Source: Nitrospirota bacterium
GTDB lineage: Bacteria; Nitrospirota; UBA9217
Length of the DNA stretch: 64,000 nucleotides
NCBI GenBank assembly: GCA_963741205.1
Contig: CAVUHW010000010.1
Location: 64,001 to 128,000, forward strand
Direction of reading: 5' to 3'
Position numbers and translations under genes: made by a program. The notes beneath the pieces were generated by a model. The model ran no database searches. It saw only the letters and a list, made by a program, of their open reading frames with translations, and was not told where the DNA came from. This document shows positions 9,721 through 20,578 of the stretch, one piece after another (the first letter of the stretch is position 1; every line of letters begins with the position of its first letter).

Positions 9721-10108
9721 TTATGCTATAATTCGAGTCGTTCCCAAGGTCGAGCGGGAAGAATTCATCAATGTTGGAGTGATAATCTGGTGCCAGTCCA
9801 AAGAATTTCTCGATGCCTGCATTGAACTAGATGAACAGCGGCTTATGGCACTTGATTCAACATTGGATGTCGGAACAATCCGGTCCCATCTGGCGACCAT
9901 CCCCGCTATTTGTGCTGGCGGAGATCAGGGTGGACCGATTGGCCAACTATCTCAGCGGGAGCGTTTTCATTGGCTTGTTGCACCTCGAAGCACCGTCATC
10001 CAGACATCGCCCGTGCACACCGGTTATTGTAAGAACCCATCCACCGTACTCGAGCATCTGCTTAACACGATGGTGCGAACGTCGCGCGCCTCACAAGAGA
10101 ACAAATAA
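9698..10108 (+). CDS. DUF3037 domain protein
   Basis: YAIIRVVPKVEREEFINVG...RFHWLVAPRSTVIQTS; overlaps the kinase gene. Confidence 0.88.
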   Translation: MRDHYTYDYAIIRVVPKVEREEFINVGVIIWCQSKEFLDACIELDEQRLMALDSTLDVGTIRSHLATIPAICAGGDQGGPIGQLSQRERFHWLVAPRSTVIQTSPVHTGYCKNPSTVLEHLLNTMVRTSRASQENK

Positions 10109-10164
10109 CCAGCGGGTACGATTGCGACGGTGATAGCCCGTCGCACCTCACTCGAGTATTAACT
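10103..10164 (+). other. Degenerate attC-like site
   Basis: AAATAAC at the stop codon, central TGCGACGG/CCGTCGCA hairpin, ATTAACT in place of GTTRRRY. Confidence 0.45.
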
Positions 10165-10246
10165 TTTCAAAGGTTGCAAGTGTCAGTAATTGGTGCGCTA
10201 TAATTCACCTATGTATACAATCTGATGAAAAAAGGAGAATCGGCGA

Positions 10247-10462
10247 ATGAGCAACCCTCTTATGATGGACCTGGAACCGGGGACCTACTATTGGTGCACC
10301 TGCGGAAAGACCAAGACCACGCCATTCTGCGATGGAGCTCACAAGGGATCGTCGAAGCAGCCGCTGCAATTCGCCGTCGTGGAGAAAAAGAGGACGGCGT
10401 TGTGCAACTGCGGACGGACGAAGACTCTGCCCTATTGCGATGGTTCTCATCTGAAGAAATGA
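10247..10462 (+). CDS. CDGSH iron-sulfur domain protein
   Basis: Two motifs, CTCG..PFCDGAH and CNCG..PYCDGSH; GGAG RBS. Confidence 0.9.
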   Translation: MSNPLMMDLEPGTYYWCTCGKTKTTPFCDGAHKGSSKQPLQFAVVEKKRTALCNCGRTKTLPYCDGSHLKK

Positions 10463-10627
10463 TCAGAGTGGTTGGGGGCTTGTACCGGAATCGCGTGTCC
10501 GATTCATGGTTGATATCGCAGAGACTGGTTGTGTCATTGTAAATGGACTCAATCAGGCCTTTATTATGAGCAACCTGTTAAACCGTCGCGACAGTGCCGG
10601 TTCCTTAGTGAAAACGCGGAGGTGAAC

Positions 10628-10897
10628 ATGAAGACGAAGAACGGGATCATCGGGGGGGGAATGTGGGAACTGCGCTGAAACGCCGGCTGGAAGACGCGGG
10701 GTATGAAATAAAGAACTCCGGCCGGGACCCGAAGGACGTGGGGTCGTTGCCGCCTGGGGAGAAGTGATCATCCGGCCGTTCCCTTTGGCGCGATCGATGA
10801 CGCATTGCGGGTGATGGGCGATGCGGTGCAGGGAAAGGTGCTCGTCGATGTGACCAATGCCCTGTCAGCGGATTTCCAGCTTGCCGTGGGCTGCACG
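10628..10897 (+). pseudogene. NADPH-dependent F420 reductase-like fragment
   Basis: GIIG.GNVG Rossmann start, AVPFGA and GKVLVDVTN across frameshifts; 3' half missing. Confidence 0.6.
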
Positions 10898-11191
10898 AAA
10901 CGGTCTTTGCTTTGTGTTGTGAGGTGCAGGCTGACTGGAAACTGCCATCTTCATCGACATGCTGGGACCTTTTACTCAGAACCTGTTGGAATACGGTTTT
11001 GTTCTGCAGAACTTCTGGAACAAGGCAATGCTTTCAACTTCGACTCCGGGCCACTATTGACCGCTGCTCTATATCCTTGGGCATCGCAGGAAAGATGAAC
11101 AAATCAGTTTCCCGGTTCAGGGAATAGACGGCGGTTCGGTCTCGATTCTTGCGGAACAAATCGGCTAAACCAGGCACAGGGAGGGGAGGCG

Positions 11192-11758
11192 ATGTCACAG
11201 AAAAAAATAGCCGTCCTTGTAGGGAGCCTTCGCAAGGAATCATATAACCGGAAAATGGCAAAGGCGTTAATGAAGCATTCGCCTGATTCTCTAAGTCTCG
11301 AAATTATCGAGATCGGAGGGCTCCCGTTTTACAATCAGGACCTTGATGACGACCCGCTGGCTGCCTGGACCGAGTTCCGTGAACGTTTGAAGAAATTTGA
11401 CGGCGTCTTGTTCGTCACACCGGAATACAATCGATCCGTTCCCGGAGTGCTTAAGAACGCTATCGACGTGGGTTCCCGCCCCTATGGAAAAAACGCGTGG
11501 GCTGGAAAACCTGGTGCAGTTGTGAGCGTCTCGCCCGGTGCCATCGGCGGCTTTGGCGCAAACCACCATCTCAGGCAATCACTGGTATTCCTTAATGTTC
11601 CTGCAATGCAACAGCCGGAAGCATACATCGGGAAAGCCGGGGAGCTCTTCGATGAGCGAGGCGACCTGTCCAATGAGTCAACCCGGGAATTCGCGACAAA
11701 GTTCATGCATGCCTTCGCGGCGTGGGTTGAAACCAACGCGTCCGGCGGAAGGCAATAA
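11192..11758 (+). CDS. NAD(P)H-dependent FMN reductase (ChrR-like)
   Basis: GSLRKESYN, TPEYNRS and LKNAIDVGSRPYG. Confidence 0.92.
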   Translation: MSQKKIAVLVGSLRKESYNRKMAKALMKHSPDSLSLEIIEIGGLPFYNQDLDDDPLAAWTEFRERLKKFDGVLFVTPEYNRSVPGVLKNAIDVGSRPYGKNAWAGKPGAVVSVSPGAIGGFGANHHLRQSLVFLNVPAMQQPEAYIGKAGELFDERGDLSNESTREFATKFMHAFAAWVETNASGGRQ

Positions 11759-11880
11759 TCTCCGAGTGACGTTCGTATGAAAAAAACGGACAACAAGGCA
11801 TCGGTCATCTCGCAAGAATGAGTCCAACTGCGCTGACATCCTGATGAAAATAACAAGAAATGTCAAGGGGGACATACACG

Positions 11881-12781
11881 ATGGAAAACAGAAAAATCAG
11901 GAAAGTATTCAAGAGCAAGCCTACTCTCGAAGGAGCGGGAGTCCATCTCAGACGGGTATTCGGAAACAGCGAGGTCCCGCTGTTCGATCCATTCCTGATG
12001 CTCGACGATTTCCGCAATACCGACCCCTATCAGTATATCAAGGGGTTTCCCTGGCACCCCCATCGAGGCATCGAGACGATCACGTACGTGCTCAAGGGCG
12101 ACGTGGAGCACGGCGACAGCATGGGCAACAAGGGCGTTATCACGTCGGGAGACATGCAGTGGATGACCGCGGGAAGTGGCATCATCCACCAGGAGATGCC
12201 GCAGGGAGACGACAACGGGGTCATGGAGGGATTTCAGCTCTGGGCCAACCTCCCAAAAGCCGACAAGATGATGGACACCCCGGTACCGCGATATCAAAAG
12301 CTCGCAGGTGCCGGAAGTTGTGACGAAGAGCGGCGCGAAGATCAAGGTCATCTGCGGGACCGTGGAGGGCAGGCAGGGGCCGGTCAGGGACATCGTCATC
12401 GATCCCGAATATCTCGACGTTTCCCTCCCGGCCCTTTCCGAGTTTGTCCATCAGACCCCGCGCGGCCACACGGTCTTTGCCTATGTCATCGGGGGAAAGG
12501 GAGTCTTCTGCAATGAGAAGAACCCCTTCGCCTACGATGCCCTAGGGGAGAACTATTTCGACATGAAGCGCGATCCCTACATCCACAACGGGACGGCCGT
12601 GCTCTTCGGCGACGGCGATCAGGTGACGGTCTCGGCCCAGGGCGAACCCGTCCGCTTTCTGCTCATATCCGGCAAGCCAATCGGCGAGCCCGTGGCCTGG
12701 TACGGTCCGATCGTGATGAATACGGAGGAGGAACTGGAAGTCGCGTTTGAAGAGTATCAGAACGGTACGTTCATTAAGTAA
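11881..12781 (+). CDS. Pirin family protein (frameshift near 12280)
   Basis: DPFLMLD, GFPWHPHRGIETITY, MTAGSGIIHQE and GPIVMN across two frames. Confidence 0.9.
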
Positions 12782-13124
12782 GGCGTCAGTAACGCTGCAT
12801 ACAATCCGTATAGAACCTTATGAAGAGAGGGAGAGGAGAGAACAATGAAGCCATAACTTCACCGGCTTGGCATAGTTTGGGAGCCAGGCTGGCTTGAAAG
12901 TATTGCGAAGTACTACTGGAATATCGCAGTCTTATCAATCTAACGCAGCCGCATAGTTATAGATATTGTCGAGGACCGTGATGGCGCCAAAGAACAACAG
13001 ATTACATTCGTAACTTTCATCGATTCCTGCATCCTGTACGTGTTAAATCCCACTCCAAATGGAGAGCAGGTCCTTCCAGCCCACTAAAAAGCCTCCTTTA
13101 TGGAGGCTCATTGATTGGATGCTT

Positions 13125-13523
13125 CTATTTTGTATATTCTCCCCGGTAGGTAATGGCATTAATGACGGCACCCTGAGGGTCCTGAATGACGCAAAACCGT
13201 CCGACATTCGGTATGTCCTGAGGCGGCACCAATAGTCGGGCGCCAAGCTGCTCTGCTGTCCGCGCCGTCAGGTCAACATCATCGACGGTTACATAGGCGC
13301 CCCACATAGGATGCATCCCCGGGGACTCTTTTGGAATCGCCATGATTCCACCAATCCTGTTGCCTCCAGCTTTGACCTCCGTGTAAGCCATGCCGGGCAT
13401 GAACATATCCTCCACCTCCCAGCCGAACAACTTTGCGTAAAATGCCTTTGCTGCTGCGACATCTGTCGTCATCAGTTCGCACCAACTGAACGCACCGTGT
13501 TGCCTGAATTGCTCCATGTTCAT
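13125..13523 (-). CDS. VOC/glyoxalase family protein
   Basis: WCELMTTD..AKAFY..LFGW and GRFCVIQDPQGA; GGAGG RBS. Confidence 0.9.
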   Translation of the reverse strand: MNMEQFRQHGAFSWCELMTTDVAAAKAFYAKLFGWEVEDMFMPGMAYTEVKAGGNRIGGIMAIPKESPGMHPMWGAYVTVDDVDLTARTAEQLGARLLVPPQDIPNVGRFCVIQDPQGAVINAITYRGEYTK

Positions 13524-13963
13524 TTCCTCCTTATGGTGGTGCTGGATGAACAGCCCTTCTTGCCTATTGTTATTTTAGTATAGCGGATTTTTTAATCTAT
13601 TGCAGCGAGCTCTTGATCACACTTTCCATCACCTTTCCGCTCACTTCTTTGGCACCCATTTCCCGTGCGATTTATCCCGCACTGTACATCGATTCCTCCC
13701 AACTCATTAACCCTGAAAAGCCGGAACCGACAAGATTGGCGATGGTGAAGAAATAAAGCGGGCTAAGGCATGATGCCCTGGAACTCTCAGTCACCGGCAT
13801 CGCCGTCAATTGTCAGCGAAAAGAAAGAAGGGCTCCTAATATAAACAGTATAGGAGTCCTTCAGTTTGTTGTGATGTGATAGGAAAGTTACCACTGGTAT
13901 TTGTTAGAGTTTAAATCTATTGAATCTTGCGACCTTGTAGTATACGCCGCAAGTTCCAACAAA

Positions 13964-14033
13964 TGAAACTCCCGTGATAATCATTCTGTATCTGTTGACG
14001 TTGCGCTTATCCGTAAAACCCACACTTCATGTC
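13964..14033 (+). repeat. Island repeat unit; 5' exon of intron A
   Basis: TGAAAC-TCCCGTGATAA-TCATTCTGTA-TCTGTTGA...ACTTCATGTC; joins TAAC of the 20579 unit once the intron is removed. Confidence 0.6.
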
Positions 14034-14355
14034 GTCGCGCCAGGTCAAGCCTGGGAAAGGTGGTGGACCAGAAGCCGAAACCTTTCGTCGTGATTCTGTA
14101 GGTAATCAATCCTACCTGGTAAAGCCTGGTCAGCAGCCAGAAGCGAGTCTTGCATGCGCCTAGGTGACTATGTGTGTGAAGCGTAGACAGCTACTGCAAA
14201 AGCCGTGTGATTGAGCCCCGAAATAGCCTCGTGGGAGCTTTCGCCCTCGACATAGCGGGAGCAGCATCGATCGTGCAGTATTGACCTTGCACGACCGATC
14301 CTACCGGGGTCAGAGAGCAGGGCATATGCAGAAGAGGATCACCCAGGAACCTGGG

Positions 14356-16291
14356 GAAAGCGCCGGGATAAACCGGCATAGAGTAGGGAATGAAAGAGTC
14401 CTACGTGAAAGGATGAGCTGATCCATCACGGCCCCGAGTCATGCGCGGGCGGTCGCGAGGCTGCACGTGAAGCGTTGACAGGGGAAGCATAGGCCAGCCA
14501 ATGAGCTCCGAAATCACCCCTTCGGGGTGCCGACCACGTCCCAGGAACGGGAAGGCAACATGGATAACGGCGATAAACAGCCAGTCGTAGTCCGGCCCCG
14601 CGGAGTCTGAGACCCTGTGCATGTGCTTACACTCTATGTTCGAGAACCGGGAGAGCTCAGCAGTTCCTGCCGTTAAATCACATGGCGGCAGGACGGCAAG
14701 GGAAGGCCAGTGGCCGTAATCCTTGCATGCACGCTGCTGAGCAGTCTGACATCGGCGTACTACCGAAGAAGGGGCCGAACAAAATGGTGTGCTCCCATGC
14801 CATGGCGGAGGTTCTGGAGGGAAGGCTGATGACCAAGGGGAAATTCTGAAGAGTCGTCTGCGACCTGTACGCGGAGACAGGAGGAAGCATTGAACGGACT
14901 TGACAGGATACGTGAGGCAGCGGTAAGGGACAAGAAACTTCGGTTCACCAATTTGATGCATCATATCACGGATGAAATGCTCCGAGATGCCTACTCTGCG
15001 CTCAAGCGCAACGCGGCATGCCGGAGTAGACGATATGACATGGCATGAGTATGGTGAGCGCCTGGAGAGCCGGATAGCGGATCTCCATGGCCGTGTGCAG
15101 AGTGGCAGGTATCCGGGCGAAGCCCTCGAAACGGGTTTGGATACCGAAACCGGACGGTCGTCAACGGCCGATCGGCATTGCCGTGCTGGAAGATAAGATA
15201 CGTTGAACAGGCGGTGGTATGGGTACTCAATCAGATCTATGAGCAGGACTTCCTCGGTTTCAGCTACGGATTTCGACCTGAACGCAGCCAACATAACGCG
15301 TTGGATGCAATCTGGGTCGGCATCAAGCAACGGAAGGTAAAATGGGTGCTGGATGCCGACATCAAGAGCTTTTTCGACACGATAAATCATGCGTGGCTGA
15401 TGAAGTTCCTAGAGCATCGCATCGCAGACCCTCGGATGCTCCGCCTGATCCGGAAGTGGCTCAGAGCCGGGGTATCAGAGGATGGCAAGTGGTCAAGAAC
15501 AGAAGTGGGCACGCCGCAAGGGTCGGTGATATCGCCTTTGCTCAGCAACATCTACCTGCATTATGTTCTTGACGAGTGGGTACAATCTTGGCGAAAGAAC
15601 GAGGCGCACGGTGAAATGATCATCGTGCGCTACGCGGATGACTTCGTCATGGGTTTTCAGCACCTGCATGAAGCGAAACGATTTCTTGAGGAAATGAAGG
15701 AGCGATTTGCCCAATACGGCCTGGAAATCCATAGTGAAAAGACCCGACTCATCGAGTTCGGACGATTTGCGGAATCAAATCGTACTGAGCGAGGAGAGAA
15801 AAAGCCTGAAACATTTGACTTTCTTGGGTTCACGCACATTTGCAGCCGAACCCTCAAGGGCAATCATTTCACGATTCATCGTAAGACAATCGCCAAGCGT
15901 CTTCGGGCAAAGCTCAAAGAAGTGAGGGAAGAGGTCATACGCAGACGGCATGAGCCAGTACCGGTACTTGGTAAATGGCTTCGTTCAGTCGTGCAAGGTC
16001 ACCTCAACTACTTTGCGGTGCCCGGCAACACAACGGCAATTAAGGCGTTCCGCAGGGAAATCAACAAGGCATGGCTATACGCGTTGAGGCAACGCAGCCA
16101 GAAGTCCAGTTATCTACCGTGGGACCGAATCAAACTCTTAATTGCGACGTGGATACCTACAGCCATAATACTGCACCCGTACCCAAGCCAGAGGCTTCGC
16201 GTGAACTACCCGAGGTAAGAGCCGTGTGAAGTAATACTTCTCGCACGGATCCGTGCGGGGGGCGTCTGGCAACGGACGTCCCTACCGCGAT
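14356..16291 (+). mobile_element. Group II intron B nested in domain I of intron A
   Basis: Splits A's GGAACCTGGG|AGGTC motif; EBS1 CCCAGG (14540-14545) complementary to CCTGGG (14350-14355); D5 GAGCCGTGTGAA..CACGGATC; ends CTACCGCGAT. Confidence 0.9.
14829..16218 (+). CDS. Group II intron RT/maturase of intron B (several 5' frameshifts, no En domain)
   Basis: FSYGFRP, DADIKSFFDTI, GTPQGS.ISP and VRYADDF; maturase X domain. Confidence 0.88.
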
Positions 16292-16562
16292 AGGTCTTGT
16301 TACTCCGTTTCTAAATGCCGGTGGGGATGACGGAACGAATAACTCCAGGCCTCAAGCGTCTGCGCAGAGATGTTCGAGGAGGTGCGTAATGGCACGAAAC
16401 AAAACGATCAGCGCGAGAAACGGTATCGCCAACTGAAGGAAACGAAAGGCGGCGAGATGGGAAGCAAGACGTCGTAGCGCCTTCATAGTACCGATGAGGC
16501 AGGGGAACGAATCCAATCGGACCCTGCGGAGGTAAGGGGGGCGTCATGTTGTAGAACCGTTG

Positions 16563-17093
16563 ATGGGAAAGACAGAGGATGCGATGGAATCCGGAAATAC
16601 AGTCTACACGAAACAGCAACGGATAGCAGAACTCGCGAGGATTCACCCTGATGTAAGTTTCACGTCTCTCGCCCACCACATTGATTTAGTGTGGCTCTAT
16701 GAAGCATTCGGTCGAACGCGGAAGGACGGAGCGACGGGCATAGACAACGTGACAGCAGAGGAGTACGAGCAAGAGTTAAACACGAATCTGCGATCACTGT
16801 TGGAACGCGCCAAATCGGGGAAGTACTATGCGCCACCGGTACTACGGGCGCATATCCCGAAAGACCCGGCAAAGAAGGAAACCCGTCCTATCGGTATACC
16901 GACGTTCGAGGATAAGGTGCTTCAGAGGGCCTGGCAAATGGTGCTGGAGCCACTATATGAACAGGAATTTCTGGACTGCTCATACGGGTTCCGGACAGGG
17001 CGTTCCGCCCACGACGCGTTGCAATCGTTGTGGAAGCAGATGATGGATATAGGCGGATGCTGGATCATCGACCTCGATATTCGGAAGTTTTTC
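16563..17093 (+). CDS. RT/maturase of intron A, part 1 (RT0 to RT3)
   Basis: GATGIDN, RPIGIPTFEDK, CSYGFR and DLDIRKFF, then interrupted by GTGCG. Confidence 0.88.
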
Positions 17094-17749
17094 GTGCGCC
17101 AGGGTAAGCCCGGCGCTTTCAGCGGGTGCAATTCCCGCCCCGGCAAGGGGAATGAGCCGCCTCACCGGGAATCGAGTCTTGGGCTCATGAAGGCAACGAC
17201 ATGAGTTAAGCGTAGACAGAGCGATGTCCAGGCCGTAACGCAAGTGAAGCGATAGAGCCTCGTGATACATCCGGAGGCCGACAGGGTCGAAAACCTGGAA
17301 GGCTACAGTAGGCGACGAAAAAGGGCGATGGTCGTTGGAGACTCCGGCGGGGTCTGAGAGCACGGCATGGGCAGAAACGGAAGCGTCATGGAACCTGGGA
17401 GATCCACCGCCGTCTCGGTCTGGCGTACAGACCGAGTATGTCTACCGAAAGGACCATCCTGAGGGAGAGAAACGCGACGGTGGAAGTCGGACCGCTGATA
17501 GTACTCGGAGTGCGGGAAAGCCGCATACAGGGGGAAGCGGCGGGGCAGGTTGAGTTGCTGGTCCGGGGAAACATTACCTACACTCAGAGGTAGGAGCACA
17601 ATGTCTACACAACCGGATCAGATCGATGGGTATGACGTTCACCGAACGAGTGCAACCTGGGGAGCCCGTTGCGGGAAATTCGCACGGCGGGTTCTGCGAG
17701 GGGGGACAGGCACAAGAGTACAATACTCAAGGCCTGTCCCTACCCCACC
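17094..17749 (+). mobile_element. ORF-less group II intron C
   Basis: GTGCGCC start; near-identical to intron D RNA; D4 reduced to a remnant (MSTQPDQI); D5 GAGCCCGTTGCGGGAAA; ends CCCACC. Confidence 0.9.
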
Positions 17750-19676
17750 GTGCGCCAGGGTAAGCCCGGCGCTTTCAGCGGGTGCAATTCCCGCCCCGGC
17801 AAGGGGAATGAGCCGCCTCACCGGGAATCGAGTCTTGGGCTCATGAAGGCAACGACATGAGTTAAGCGTAGACAGAGCGATGTCCAGGCCGTAACGCAAG
17901 TGAAGCGATAGAGCCTCGTGATACATCCGGAGGCCGACAGGGTCGAAAACCTGGAAGGCTACAGTAGGCGACCGTAACAGGCGATGGTCGTTGGAGACTC
18001 CGGCGGGGTCTGAGAGCACGGCATGGGCAGAAATGGAAGCGTCATGGAACCTGGGAGATCCATCGCCGTCTCGGTCTGGTTGTCACAGACCGAGTATATC
18101 TACCGAAAGGACCATCCTGAGGGAGATAAACGCGACGGTGGAAGTCGGACCCGCTGATAGTACTCGGAGTGCGGGAAAGCCGCATACAGGGGGAAGCAGT
18201 GGGGCAGGTTGAGTTGCTGGTCCAGGGAAACATTCCCTTCACGCAGAGGTAGGAACCGAATGTCCACACAACTGGATCAGATCAAGGGGAAGGCAAAGTC
18301 GGACCCGAAGCTACGCTTCACATCACTGGCGCACCTGCTCACTCCAGCGTTTCTTAGGGAGACATGGAAACAGATGAACCGGCGTGGGGCGAGCGGAATC
18401 GATGGCGAGACGACGAAGGAGTTTGGGCAAGACCTGGACGCACGGGTTCAATCTCTGAGCGAACGCTTGAAGCAAGGGGCCTACAAGGCTCCACCGGTAC
18501 GCCGAGTGGAAATCCCCAAAGGACCTGGCAGGGAAGGGACAAGACCGCTCGGGATTCCGACGGTCGAAGACCGTCTGCTGCAAAGAGCGGTAGCTCGGAT
18601 ATTGGAAGCGGTGTTCGAGGCGGATTTCTTGGACTGCTCATATGGATTTCGGCCGGGGCGCAATCCCCACGATGCCCTGCGGACATTGCGCACGATCATC
18701 GTCACGAAGAAGGTAGGACACTTGTTCGAAGCTGATATCCGGGGATACTTCAACCACATCCAGCATGAATGGCTGCAAAAGATGGTTGCTCATCGAATTG
18801 CGGACCCGGTCATCCTGCGCCTGATTGGCAAATGGCTGAAAGCGGGCTACATGATGGGAGGAGTCGTTACGCGAACCGAGGAAGGATCGCCACAAGGCGG
18901 GCCGATCAGCCCGATCTTGGCTAACATCTACCTGCACTACGTGCTTGATCTCTGGTTTGAAAAGAAGGTCAAGCCGATGTGCCAGGGTGAGGCGTATCTG
19001 ACGAGATTTGCGGATGATTTTGTGGTGAACTTTCAATATGGCAGAGATGCGGAAGGGTTCAGGAACGAGCCTGACGGATCGATTCGAGAAATTCGGGCTG
19101 GAATTGGCGGAAGAAAAGACGCGGCTGCTGCGCTTCGGACGATTCGTACGTGCGGACCTCGCAAAGACCGGCGATAAGCCGGATACGTTTGACTTTCTTG
19201 GCTTCAAGCATGTCTGTGGTATAGACCAAGGTGGGAAGTTTGCCTTGGTGCGGATTCCGTGCGTCAAAAGCTGCCGAAAGTTCTTGGCCAAGACCAAGGA
19301 ATGGCTCAAGGGGCATATACATTGGAAGCGGCGTGACCAGCAAAGTCAGTTGAAGATGATGCTGCACGGCTTCTACCAATACTTTGGACTGCATCACTGC
19401 AAGCCGAAACTCGACATGGTACGCAGCGCAGTACAGCTCCAATGGATTCGGACGCTACGGAGAAAGAGCCAACGTCACCGACTATACTGGTGCTACCTTA
19501 ATAGCCGAGACTGGTTCAAATTACCGTATGCGGTATCAACACGCCACGCGACGGTTTGACTTTCATTCATCCATTGAGTGCAATCTGGGGAGCCCGTTGC
19601 GGGAAAGCCGCACGGCGGGTTCTGCGAGGGGGGACAGGCACAAGAGGACAACACTCAAGGTCTGTCTCTACCCACC
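17750..19676 (+). mobile_element. Group II intron D, in tandem directly after C
   Basis: GTGCGCC start, full RT ORF, D5 at ~19590, ends CCCACC; A's ORF resumes afterwards. Confidence 0.9.
18260..19559 (+). CDS. RT/maturase of intron D (frameshift near 19070)
   Basis: GASGIDG, RPLGIPTVEDR, DIRGYFNHI, GSPQGGPISP and RFADDF. Confidence 0.88.
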
Positions 19677-20503
19677 ATACGATGGTCCATAAACACATCA
19701 GGGAGATACTCAAGAGGCGGGTGAGTGACGGAGTAATAACGAGACTCATAGATAAGTGGTTGAAGGCCGGTGTATGGGAGGCAGGAAACATCAGTTACCC
19801 GGAAAAGGGTACTCCTCAAGGCGGCGTGATATCCCCCATGCTGAGTAATATTTATCTTCATGAGGTACTGGACCTGTGGTTTGAGAAGGAAGTAAAACCA
19901 CGCCTCCGCGGCAAAGCGTTTCTGATTCGGTATGCCGATGATGCTGTGTTGGGATTTGCAACCGAAGACGATGCCCGGAGAGTAATGGAAGTGCTTCCGA
20001 AGCGGTTTGCCCGATATGGCTTGACGATCCACCCGGAGAAGACCCGTGTGGTGAGGTTCGTAAAGCCGGAAGACATCAACTCGGGGGGCCACAGCCAGGA
20101 CAAGGATAACACGTTCAACTTTCTAGGATTCACTCACTACTGGGCAAAATCCCGTAAAGGTACAGCGGTGATCAAGCGAAGTACCGAGAAGAGCCGGTTC
20201 ATGCGAGCGCTTATGAAGATTAAGGAGTGGTGCAGAACCAATCGGCACAACCCACTGAAGGAGCAGCATAAGACGCTGAACCAGAAACTTCGAGGCCACT
20301 ACGCCTATTACGGGATCAGAGGCAACAGCCAGGCATTGGGGCACTTCTACCACAAGGTGAGACGGCTCTGGCGCAAATGGCTACAGCGAAGGTCGTGCGA
20401 TGGTAGTATCCCGTGGGATAACTTCGCACTACTTGAAAAGGTCTATCCACTTGCGCCAGCGAGAATCGTTCACTCCGCATACTTACGCAAAGCTACAGCA
20501 TGA
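19677..20503 (+). CDS. RT/maturase of intron A, part 2 (RT3 to X domain)
   Basis: TMVH..., GTPQGGVISP, IRYADDA, FNFLGF and GHYAYY; continues DIRKFF(D)T from part 1. Confidence 0.88.
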
Positions 20504-20578
20504 AGAACCGAATGCGTTAATCGCGCACGTTCGGGTCTGTGGGGGGCTGGGGCAGGTGACTGCCCTGGCCTACCTGGC

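Larger units (their letters stand above)
14034..20578 (+). mobile_element. Group II intron A (outer host of introns B, C and D)
   Basis: 5' GTCGCGCC; D1 motifs GAAGCGTAGACAG and GAGCCCCGAAA; EBS1 GACAT (14249) complementary to exon ATGTC; D5 GAACCGAATGCG..CGTTCGGGTC at 20505; D6 ending TACCTGGC. Confidence 0.88.

Noticed and set aside
13810-13900. Possible IS110 3' end or terminator (GAAGGGCTCCTA/TAGGAGTCCTTC hairpin)
   Set aside because: The hairpin is real but no transposase homology or orientation could be supported by eye
14829-20503. RT genes as retron, DGR or CRISPR-associated RT
   Set aside because: Each is embedded in group II D1-D6 RNA with a maturase X domain. The 17094/17750 duplication is intron RNA, not a TR/VR pair, and no cas genes are present.
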